DNA of 32,570 nt from Lysobacteraceae bacterium (GTDB taxonomy: Bacteria; Pseudomonadota; Gammaproteobacteria; Xanthomonadales; Xanthomonadaceae). Under the pieces are notes generated by a model. That model had not been told where the DNA came from. It saw only the letters and a program-made list of their open reading frames with translations, and did not search any database. The stretch is from contig DMHI01000281.1 of assembly GCA_003449515.1 (NCBI GenBank), forward strand, positions 1 to 32,570. The letters run 5' to 3'. Positions 1 to 7,130 of the stretch are shown here, in pieces. How positions within the stretch are numbered: the first letter of the stretch is position 1; the number at the start of each line of letters is the position of its first letter. Both the position numbers and the translations under genes were made by a program.

Positions 1-27
1 TTTCCCTACACGACGCTCTTCCGATCT
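1..27 (+). other. Illumina TruSeq Read-1 adapter remnant (technical sequence, not genomic)
   Basis: TTTCCCTACACGACGCTCTTCCGATCT matches the 3' end of the TruSeq universal adapter ACACTCTTTCCCTACACGACGCTCTTCCGATCT exactly. Confidence 0.97.
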
Positions 28-345
28 ACGATCGAGGCCGGCGTGGGCGCGGGCGATGCGGCTGCGGCACCCGGCGAAGTCGAGGCGCTGCGTGCCGCCG
101 CGCTGCAGCAGCTTGGCCAGCACGCGGCCGCCATCGAGGCCTACACCGGCGCACTCCGCCGGCAGCCCGATGTCGGCGCGTGGTGGGCCGGGCTCGGCCT
201 GTCGCTCGAGGCTGCCGGCCGCCGCGACGAGGCGCTCGCCGCCTACCGCGACGCACTGCGGCGCGGCCCGCTCGATCCCGCTTTGGCAGACTACCTGGGC
301 GATCGCATCGATGCGCTCGCTGCCGCCGATTCCCCGAGGCCATGA
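28..345 (+). CDS. mshN: TPR-containing MSHA biogenesis protein MshN, C-terminal fragment (5' truncated at contig end)
   Basis: Frame is open from base 28. TPR-like helices (AAALQQLGQHAAAIEAYTGAL, WWAGLGLSLEAAGRRDEALAAYRDAL). Its TGA overlaps the mshE ATG (ATGA) and it sits in the mshN position. Confidence 0.75.
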   Translation, partial: TIEAGVGAGDAAAAPGEVEALRAAALQQLGQHAAAIEAYTGALRRQPDVGAWWAGLGLSLEAAGRRDEALAAYRDALRRGPLDPALADYLGDRIDALAAADSPRP

Positions 346-2078
346 TGTCCATCGCACCCAGCGCCACCGTGAAGAAAATCCGCATCGGCGACCTGCTGGT
401 CGAAAACGGCCTGATCTCGGCCGAGCAGTTGCAGCTCGCGCTGGCCGAGCAGCGCAAGCTCGGCTCGAAACTCGGGCGCACACTGATCGACCTCGGCTAC
501 GTCAGCGAGAGCGACATGCTGCAGTTGCTCTCGCGGCAGCTCGCCATCCCGCTGGTCGATCTGCGCAGCTACCGCTTCGACCCGGCGCTGGTGCGGCGCC
601 TGCCGGAGACGCTGGCGCGCCGCTTCCGCAGCATCGTGCTCAAGGAGGAGGCGGGCGGCTACCTCGTCGGCATGGCCGACCCCACCGATCTGTTCGCCTT
701 CGACGAGCTCGCCCGCGCGCTGGGGGGGCGCGAGATCAGGCTGGCACTGGTGCGCGAGGACGAGGTGCTGCGCACCTTCGACTCGGTCTACCGGCGCACC
801 GAAGAGATCAGTTCGCTGGCGCAGGAGCTGTCGGAGGAGGTCAGCGATACCGCCGCACTCGACGTCGGCCAGCTCGGCCTCGGCGAGGATGCGGCCGACG
901 CTCCGGTGGTCAAGCTGCTGCAGTCGATGTTTGTCGATGCGGTGCAGGCCGGCGCCTCCGACATCCACATCGAGCCCGACGCCGACTGCCTGCGCCTGCG
1001 CCTGCGCGTCGACGGTGTGCTCAACGAGCAGATCATCCGCGAGAAGCAGATCGCCTCGGCGCTGGTGCTGCGGCTGAAGCTGATGGCGGGCCTCAACATC
1101 TCCGAGAAGCGCCTGCCGCAGGATGGCCGCTTCCAGATCAGCGTGCGCGGCAAGGCCATCGACGTGCGCGTGTCGACCATGCCGGTGCAGCACGGCGAGT
1201 CGGTGGTGATGCGTCTGCTCGACCAGAGCGGCGCGATGCTCGACCTCGAGCACCTCGGCATGCCGGCGCCGATGCTGGCGCGGTTCCGCGATGTGCTGCG
1301 CTCGCCGAGCGGCATCGTGCTGGTCACTGGCCCCACCGGCTCGGGCAAGACCACCACGCTGTATGCGGCGCTGAGCTCGCTCAACCGGCCGGAGCGCAAG
1401 ATCATCACCGTCGAGGATCCGGTGGAGTACCGCCTGCCGCGCATCAGCCAGGTGCAGGTGAACCCGAAGATCAGCCTCGATTTCGCCGCGGTGCTGCGTT
1501 CCGCGTTGCGCCAGGACCCGGACATCATCCTCGTCGGCGAGATGCGCGATCGGGAGACGGCGGAAATCGGCCTGCGCGCGGCGATGACCGGCCACCTCGT
1601 GCTGTCGACGCTGCACACCAACGATGCCGTCGGCACCGCCGATCGCCTGCTCGACATGGGCGCGCCCGGCTATCTGCTGGCCGCCTCGCTGCGGGTCATC
1701 ATCGCCCAGCGGCTGGTGCGCCGCGTCTGCGAGAGCTGCGGCGAGCGCCACCTGCCGGACGCCAACGACCAGGCCTGGCTGTCCGAGCTGCGCCCCGGCG
1801 TCGACACCAGCGGTCTGCGCCGCGGCCGCGGTTGCCAGCACTGCAACGGCACCGGCTATCGCGGTCGCTTCGGTGTCTACGAATACCTTGAGCCGACGCT
1901 CGACATGCTCGAGGCGCTGCGGCGCGGCCAGCACGATGGCTTCGTGCGTGCGGCCTCGCGTGCGCCGCTGTTCCGCCTGCTGTCGCAGGGCGCGCTCGAT
2001 GCCGCGCTGGCCGGTGTGACCTCGCTCGAAGAGGCCAAGCGCGTCGGCGGCGAGCTGCTCAACGACGGATCGCGCTGA
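342..2078 (+). CDS. mshE: MSHA pilus extension ATPase (GspE/PilB family) with N-terminal MshEN domain, 578 aa
   Basis: Walker A GPTGSGKT, Asp box TVEDPVE, Walker B RQDPDIILVGEMRD, His box TGHLVLSTLHTN, two CxxC motifs (CESC, CQHC), and tandem MshEN motifs RIGDLLVENGLI..Q / KLGRTLIDLGYV..Q. Confidence 0.93.
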   Translation: MMSIAPSATVKKIRIGDLLVENGLISAEQLQLALAEQRKLGSKLGRTLIDLGYVSESDMLQLLSRQLAIPLVDLRSYRFDPALVRRLPETLARRFRSIVLKEEAGGYLVGMADPTDLFAFDELARALGGREIRLALVREDEVLRTFDSVYRRTEEISSLAQELSEEVSDTAALDVGQLGLGEDAADAPVVKLLQSMFVDAVQAGASDIHIEPDADCLRLRLRVDGVLNEQIIREKQIASALVLRLKLMAGLNISEKRLPQDGRFQISVRGKAIDVRVSTMPVQHGESVVMRLLDQSGAMLDLEHLGMPAPMLARFRDVLRSPSGIVLVTGPTGSGKTTTLYAALSSLNRPERKIITVEDPVEYRLPRISQVQVNPKISLDFAAVLRSALRQDPDIILVGEMRDRETAEIGLRAAMTGHLVLSTLHTNDAVGTADRLLDMGAPGYLLAASLRVIIAQRLVRRVCESCGERHLPDANDQAWLSELRPGVDTSGLRRGRGCQHCNGTGYRGRFGVYEYLEPTLDMLEALRRGQHDGFVRAASRAPLFRLLSQGALDAALAGVTSLEEAKRVGGELLNDGSR

Positions 2079-3301
2079 TGCCGACTTACCGTTACCGCGC
2101 CCGTGACGCCCAGGGTCGCGCCGTCAGTGGCAGCCTCGAGGGCTTGTCAGGCGACGCGGTGGCGCGCCAGCTCGGCAGCGCCGGCATGGTGCCGATCGAT
2201 ATCGTCGAGGCCACGCCGGCGCGTGCGCTTGGCGCTGCGTGGTTGGAGCAGTGGGGCGTTGGCCGGCCGGGCCGCGTCGACATGATCCTCTTCACCCGGC
2301 AGATGTACGCCCTGGCGCGCGCCGGTGTGCCGATCACGCAGGCGCTGCGGCGGCTATCCACCACCTCGCGCAACCCGCAACTGGGGCGCACGCTCGGGGC
2401 GGTGATGGTGGAGCTGGAGGCCGGCCGCGACATGGCCACCGCGCTGTCGCGCCATCCCAAGACCTTCGGCCCGCTGTTTGCCGCCATCGTCCGCGTCGGC
2501 GAGGAGAGTGGCCGCATCGACGAGGCCTTCCTGCGCCTCAACCAGCACCTCGAGCGCGAGCAGAAGGTGGTCGAGCAGGTGAAGACCGCGGTGCGCTACC
2601 CGATCATCGTGCTGGCGTTCGTGGCCGTCGCCATCTTCATGGTGATGACCCTGGTCATCCCCGAGTTCGCCAAGCTCTACGGCGCCTTCGACGTGCAACT
2701 GCCGCTGCCCACGCGGATCATCATCGGCACCTCGAATTTCTTCGCCGCCTGGTGGTGGCTGGTGCTGGGCGTGGCGGTGGGCTCGGCCTGGTGGCTCCGG
2801 CGCTACGTGCAGAGCGAGGCCGGACGCCTGCGCTGGCACGGTCTGCTGCTGAAGCTGCCGATCATCGGCAGCATCGTGCTGCGCGCCACCCTGGCGCGCT
2901 TCGCCCGCGCCTTCGCGATGGCCACGCGCTCCGGCGTGCCGGTGCTGCAGGCCCTGACCGTGGTGGCGCTGGCGGTCGAGAACGATGTGCTGGCACGCCA
3001 GTTGCTCGGCATGCGCGGTGCCATCGAGCGCGGCGAGAGCCTCACCCGCGCCGCTGCCACCCAGGCCTGCTTCACGCCGCTGGTGCTGCAGATGCTGAGC
3101 GTGGGCGAGGAAACCGGCCGCATCGACGAGATGCTGGTGGAGGTGGCCGATTTCTACGAGCGCGAGGTCGACTACGACGTTCGCAACCTCAACGACCTGC
3201 TGCAGCCGGTGCTGACCGTGCTGGTGGCCGGTGTGGTGTTCCTGCTCGCGCTGGGCGTGCTGCTGCCCATGTGGGACCTCGTGAATCTGGCGCGGCGGTG
3301 A
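2078..3301 (+). CDS. mshG: MSHA inner-membrane platform protein (GspF/PilC family), 407 aa
   Basis: MPTYRYRARD start, FTRQMYALARAGVPI, GEESGRID and GEETGRID repeats, three TM segments; TGATG coupling with mshE. Confidence 0.92.
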   Translation: MPTYRYRARDAQGRAVSGSLEGLSGDAVARQLGSAGMVPIDIVEATPARALGAAWLEQWGVGRPGRVDMILFTRQMYALARAGVPITQALRRLSTTSRNPQLGRTLGAVMVELEAGRDMATALSRHPKTFGPLFAAIVRVGEESGRIDEAFLRLNQHLEREQKVVEQVKTAVRYPIIVLAFVAVAIFMVMTLVIPEFAKLYGAFDVQLPLPTRIIIGTSNFFAAWWWLVLGVAVGSAWWLRRYVQSEAGRLRWHGLLLKLPIIGSIVLRATLARFARAFAMATRSGVPVLQALTVVALAVENDVLARQLLGMRGAIERGESLTRAAATQACFTPLVLQMLSVGEETGRIDEMLVEVADFYEREVDYDVRNLNDLLQPVLTVLVAGVVFLLALGVLLPMWDLVNLARR

Positions 3302-3852
3302 ACCGCGATCCGCGCGACGCAGCCGCACGCCGCAGCGCCGGGCGCATGGCGCCTGCGGGCTACGCCACCACCGATGCCGGTTGGCTGCGCCAGGTGAGCC
3401 GCGCGCTGGCGCTGCTGATCGTGGTGGCGCTGGTGGTGTTGCTGCTGCGCATCGGCCGCGATGTGCTGGCCGAGGGCGAGCGCATGGCCCTGCGGATGGC
3501 CGAGCAGAATCTCGAGAATCTCGTCTGGCTCGAGGGCAAGCGCGCGCTGGTCGAGGAGGGCGCGGCGGGGCTGCATCGGCGCGCCGGTGGCGATCCGCGG
3601 GCGTGGGCGCAGGATCGGCTCGCCACCGTTCCGGCGGCCGACCTGCCGACCGGCAAGCTGCCGGCATGGGCCGAGCAGAACTGGTCGTTCGATGCCGCGA
3701 GTGGCGAGTTGCGCTACACGCCGGCGTGGCTGCCCGGCGGGGTGCGGCGCTGGCGCGTCGAACTGGTGCGTGATGGCGTCGAATCCCCGTCACCCGGCTT
3801 GGCAAGGGATTTGCTTCTGGTTCGCATCGACCGCGAGGATGACGCAACCTGA
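3298..3852 (+). CDS. Putative MshF-like membrane-anchored protein (alternative ATG start at 3346)
   Basis: GTGA overlap with the mshG stop, a single N-terminal hydrophobic segment (ALALLIVVALVVLLL), a WSFDAASGELRY motif, and the mshF slot between mshG and the pilins. Confidence 0.6.
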   Translation: MNRDPRDAAARRSAGRMAPAGYATTDAGWLRQVSRALALLIVVALVVLLLRIGRDVLAEGERMALRMAEQNLENLVWLEGKRALVEEGAAGLHRRAGGDPRAWAQDRLATVPAADLPTGKLPAWAEQNWSFDAASGELRYTPAWLPGGVRRWRVELVRDGVESPSPGLARDLLLVRIDREDDAT

Positions 3853-3873
3853 ACCGCCGCACCGCGCGGACCG

Positions 3874-3931
3874 CCCTTGACAGCAATTGACCGCGCGAGG
3901 GTTTCTGTCAGGGAAATCAAAGGCGTATAAT
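3874..3931 (+). promoter_or_regulatory. Putative internal promoter of the pilin genes with an upstream inverted repeat
   Basis: AT-richer intergenic stretch with a perfect TATAAT at 3926-3931. TGACAG (3878-3883) and CTGTCA (3905-3910) form an inverted repeat. TTGACA at 3877-3882 is 43 bp from the -10, so it is not its cognate -35. Confidence 0.55.
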
Positions 3932-3993
3932 CCATTCGTGACCCTGCACCTCAGCAGGGCCGCGCCCCCCTCCACCACGACAGGTTTCCGTCC

Positions 3994-4449
3994 ATGCGTC
4001 GCCAGTCCGGTTTCACCCTCATCGAACTCGTCATCGTCATCGTCGTGCTCGGCATCCTCGCCGCGCTGGCGGTGCCGCGTTTCATCTCCCTGCAGAGCGA
4101 GGCACGGATCGCCGTCATCGACTCGCTGTTCAACTCGGTGCGCTCGGGCTCGAACATCGTCTATGCCAAGTCGGCCGCCTCCGGCCTGTCCGATCTGTCC
4201 GCCAGCACGGTCGACATCGATGGCCCGGTGCCGGGTGGCGTGATCAACACCGTGTTCGGCTACCCGCGCGCCGTCGAGGCCGACATGCGCCTGCTGTTCG
4301 ACAGCCTGTCGCCGCGCTACGGCTTCGTGGTTGTGGGTACCGGGATCCGCATGGATGTCGACGGTATCGTCGGCTGTTCTGTGACCTACACCGCACCCAC
4401 CGGTGCCGGTCTTCCGCCTACCATTTTCCGCGTCATCACCGGCTGCTGA
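3994..4449 (+). CDS. MSHA-type type IV pilin in the mshB position (MshA/MshB-like), 151 aa
   Basis: Class III signal QSG|FTLIELVIVIVVLGILAALAVPRF, GYP motif, C-terminal Cys pair (GCSVTY...ITGC). Confidence 0.88.
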   Translation: MRRQSGFTLIELVIVIVVLGILAALAVPRFISLQSEARIAVIDSLFNSVRSGSNIVYAKSAASGLSDLSASTVDIDGPVPGGVINTVFGYPRAVEADMRLLFDSLSPRYGFVVVGTGIRMDVDGIVGCSVTYTAPTGAGLPPTIFRVITGC

Positions 4450-4513
4450 GCCAGGAGAATCCCATGAAGCACCAGAGCGGTTTCACCCTCATCGAACTCG
4501 TCATCGTCATCGT
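4008..4513 (+). repeat. 36-bp exact direct repeat (4008-4043 and 4478-4513) in the 5' ends of the two pilin genes
   Basis: CGGTTTCACCCTCATCGAACTCGTCATCGTCATCGT occurs twice, 470 bp apart. Confidence 0.9.
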
Positions 4514-4868
4514 GCTGCTCGGTGTGCTGGCTGCCATCGCGGTGCCGCGCTTCGTCAACCTCGAGGACGACGCGCAGGAAGCGCGCTTGAACGCCACCGC
4601 GGCGGCGATCACTTCCGCGATGAACATCAACTATGCGGAGTGCGCGGTCAACAATTTCACCGGCGCCGATTGCCGTCCGGTCACGAGCTGCGACGCGGCC
4701 AACGCAACGGCGGTGCTGCAGAACGGCGCGGCGGCGCTGGCGGGCTACACGGTAGCGTTCCAGTCCGGCTCGTCGATTCCCGCGGGCAATGGCAGCGTGG
4801 CGACCTGCACGCTGACCCGCGCTGGCGTGGGCACGGCGAACTTCACCGCCATCCGCACGGCACCCTGA
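4464..4868 (+). CDS. mshA: Probable major MSHA pilin, 134 aa
   Basis: QSG|FTLIELVIVIVLLGVLAAIAVPRFVNL, strong RBS AGGAG, four Cys, followed by an intrinsic terminator; lies in the mshA position before mshC. Confidence 0.75.
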   Translation: MKHQSGFTLIELVIVIVLLGVLAAIAVPRFVNLEDDAQEARLNATAAAITSAMNINYAECAVNNFTGADCRPVTSCDAANATAVLQNGAAALAGYTVAFQSGSSIPAGNGSVATCTLTRAGVGTANFTAIRTAP

Positions 4869-4905
4869 CCGCGCTCCGCCCCCGGCAGGACGCGTCCTTA
4901 CACGG

Positions 4906-4939
4906 GGGCGGCAGGGCAACCTGCCGCCCTTCGTCTTTT
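4906..4939 (+). terminator. Intrinsic terminator / mRNA-stabilising hairpin after the second pilin
   Basis: 10-bp stem GGGCGGCAGG/CCTGCCGCCC with a GCAA tetraloop, followed by an interrupted U-tract TTCGTCTTTT. Confidence 0.8.
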
Positions 4940-4962
4940 CCGGGTTGCTGCCACTGTCCGCC

Positions 4963-5472
4963 ATGAGTCCTGGCCCATTCCTCCCCCAGCATCCCCGTCG
5001 CCGATCGTGGCGCGCGGCGGCGCGCGGCTTCACCGTGCTCGAGCTGGTGGTGGTGGTGGTGCTGCTTGGCGTGTTGGCGGTGATCGCGCTGCCGCGGCTC
5101 ACCGAGGGCGGCTTCCGTTCAGCCGCCTTCACCGAACAGGTGGCGGCCGCCTTCCGTTACGCGCAGCGTCTGGCCGTGGCCAGTGGCTGCGAGATCGAGG
5201 TGCAGGTCAGCGCGGCGACGCACAGCTACGTCATCCGTCGGCGCGCCGATGGCACCGACAGCAGTTGCGGCAGCAGCGGGCCGTTCACGCTCGATGTGCC
5301 CAACCCCGCCGGCGGCGGCGCCTTCGCGGCCACCGCGACAGGCGGCGTCACCGTATCGCAGGGCTTGACCTTGCGCTTCGACGCACAGGGCCTGCCCAGC
5401 CCGAACGGCGGCAGTGTGGTCGTGGGCGGCCGCACGCTCACCATCGAGGCGGACACCGGCCATGTGCGCTGA
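4963..5472 (+). CDS. mshC: MSHA minor pilin MshC (GspH/FimT-like); exact start uncertain
   Basis: RG|FTVLELVVVVVLLGVLA, RYAQRLA motif, LRFDAQGLP and C-terminal IEADTGHV. Confidence 0.82.
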   Translation: MSPGPFLPQHPRRRSWRAAARGFTVLELVVVVVLLGVLAVIALPRLTEGGFRSAAFTEQVAAAFRYAQRLAVASGCEIEVQVSAATHSYVIRRRADGTDSSCGSSGPFTLDVPNPAGGGAFAATATGGVTVSQGLTLRFDAQGLPSPNGGSVVVGGRTLTIEADTGHVR

Positions 5473-5929
5473 GCACCACCGCGCCGCGCGCGGCTTCACC
5501 CTGCTCGAACTGGTGGTCACGCTGGTGCTGCTGGCGGTGGCGGTGATCGCCATCACCGGGCTGGTGGCGCAGATCGGCGGGCGCAGCGCGTCGCCGGTCC
5601 TGCACACGCAGGCGCTCTACCTCGCCGAGGGCTACCTCGAGGAGGCACTGCTCAAGGCCTATGTCGATCCTGATGGCGTGGCCGAGGGCTGCGCCGCACC
5701 GCGCGATGTCTGGGACGACATCGGCGATTACGCCTGCCTCACCGTTGCCGCTCCGCCGAGCGATGCCTCGGGCGTGGCCATGGCCGCCCTCTCGCGTTAC
5801 CGGGTGTCGATGACGGTGGGCAATGCGGCCCTGGTGGGCGGTGCCACCACGCGCCGCATCGAGGTGCGGATCACCCACCTCGATGGCGACATCGACCTGC
5901 GTGTCGCCGGCCTGAGGGCGCAGTACTGA
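5462..5929 (+). CDS. mshD: MSHA minor pilin MshD, 155 aa
   Basis: RG|FTLLELVV, QALYLAEGYLEEAL and WDDIGDY (MshD-type DD.DDY motif); overlaps the mshC stop. Confidence 0.82.
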   Translation: MCAEHHRAARGFTLLELVVTLVLLAVAVIAITGLVAQIGGRSASPVLHTQALYLAEGYLEEALLKAYVDPDGVAEGCAAPRDVWDDIGDYACLTVAAPPSDASGVAMAALSRYRVSMTVGNAALVGGATTRRIEVRITHLDGDIDLRVAGLRAQY

Positions 5930-6738
5930 TGCGCACCCGCCACGCCCGCGGCTTCACTCTGGTGGAACTGGTGATCGTGATGGTGCTGGTGGGCATCCTC
6001 GCCACCGTGGCGCTGCAGATCCTCCGCCAGCCGATCGACGCCAGTGCCGATGTGCAGCGCCGCGCCAAGCTCGCTGATGCCGCCGACCAGGCGATGGCGC
6101 GGATCAGTCGCGACCTGCGGCTGGCGTTGCCGAATAGCGTTCGCGTCAGCGCCGACGGTCGCGCCATCGAGATGCTGATCGCGCCGATGGGCGGGCGCTA
6201 CCGTGCGCGAGCCCGCGCACCGACGAACCCGGCCGGCGCCGGCGATGTGCTCGACTTCGCCGCGCCCGACACCAGCTTCGACCTGCTGGCACCGCTGCCG
6301 CAGGCGCCTTCGGCGGGGCAGTGGGCGGTGGTCTACAACCTTGCCGCCGAGGGCAGCCAGGCCAACGCCTGGGCCGGCGACAACCGCGCGACGATCGCCA
6401 GCGGCAGCAGCGTCAACCGCATCGTGCTCGCGGCTGGCTTCCGCTTTCCGTTCGCGTCGCCGGGACAGCGCGTCTACGTGGTCGATCGCGCGGTGCAGTA
6501 TCGCTGCGCCGCCGACGGTCGGCTGCTGCGCCATGCCGGTTTCGCGCCGACCGCGGCGATGGTGGTGCCGGCACCGGGTGCCGGGGCGCTGCTCGCGGAA
6601 GGGGTGACGGTCTGCGCGTTCCGCTACCAGCCCGGCACCACCAGCCGCCAGGGCCTCGCCGCGCTGTCGCTGGCCATCAGCCGCGAGGGCGAATCGGTGA
6701 GCCTGCTGAAATCCGTGCATCTGCCGAACCAGCCATGA
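5929..6738 (+). CDS. mshO: MSHA minor pilin MshO, 269 aa
   Basis: RG|FTLVELVIVMV, RISRDLRLALPNSVRV, GGRYR, SPGQRVYVV, GESVSLLKSVHLPNQP. Confidence 0.88.
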   Translation: MRTRHARGFTLVELVIVMVLVGILATVALQILRQPIDASADVQRRAKLADAADQAMARISRDLRLALPNSVRVSADGRAIEMLIAPMGGRYRARARAPTNPAGAGDVLDFAAPDTSFDLLAPLPQAPSAGQWAVVYNLAAEGSQANAWAGDNRATIASGSSVNRIVLAAGFRFPFASPGQRVYVVDRAVQYRCAADGRLLRHAGFAPTAAMVVPAPGAGALLAEGVTVCAFRYQPGTTSRQGLAALSLAISREGESVSLLKSVHLPNQP

Positions 6739-7130
6739 GCCCGTCCTTCGCCCAATGCCAGCGCGGGTTCAGCCTTGTGGCGGCGATCTTCGTCGTCGCC
6801 CTCGCGCTGCTGATCGTGCTGGCCGCCGTGCTCACGCTGAACGCCCGCAGCCGCAGCACGGCGCAGGCGCTCGACGGCAGCCGCGCCCTGTTCGCGGCGC
6901 AGTCGGGCCTCGAGGTCGCCATCGCTCGCAGCCTCTCCGGCGGCTGCACGGCCGTCCCGCCCACACTGACGATCGAGGGCTTCACCGTGACGCTGGGCTG
7001 CACGCCCGAGAGCGTGGACGAAGCCCCCGACACCTATACGATCTTCACCCTGACCGCCGTCGCCCAGCGCGGGCGGTTCTCCGACCACACCTTCATCTCC
7101 CGGCGCGTGCGCGCCACGGTGAGCGAATGA
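6735..7130 (+). CDS. mshP: MSHA minor pilin MshP (PilX-like, lacks Glu5), 131 aa
   Basis: QRG|FSLVAAIFVV and RALFAAQSGLE; ATGA overlaps at both ends. Confidence 0.85.
   Translation: MSPSFAQCQRGFSLVAAIFVVALALLIVLAAVLTLNARSRSTAQALDGSRALFAAQSGLEVAIARSLSGGCTAVPPTLTIEGFTVTLGCTPESVDEAPDTYTIFTLTAVAQRGRFSDHTFISRRVRATVSE

Noticed and set aside
3877..3931. TTGACA + TATAAT as a perfect sigma70 promoter pair
   Set aside because: Spacing is 43 bp rather than ~17, so they cannot act as one promoter
6755..7126. Apparent N-terminal extension of mshQ (1318 aa in the track)
   Set aside because: Overlaps mshP in another frame; the signal peptide begins at ATG 7127
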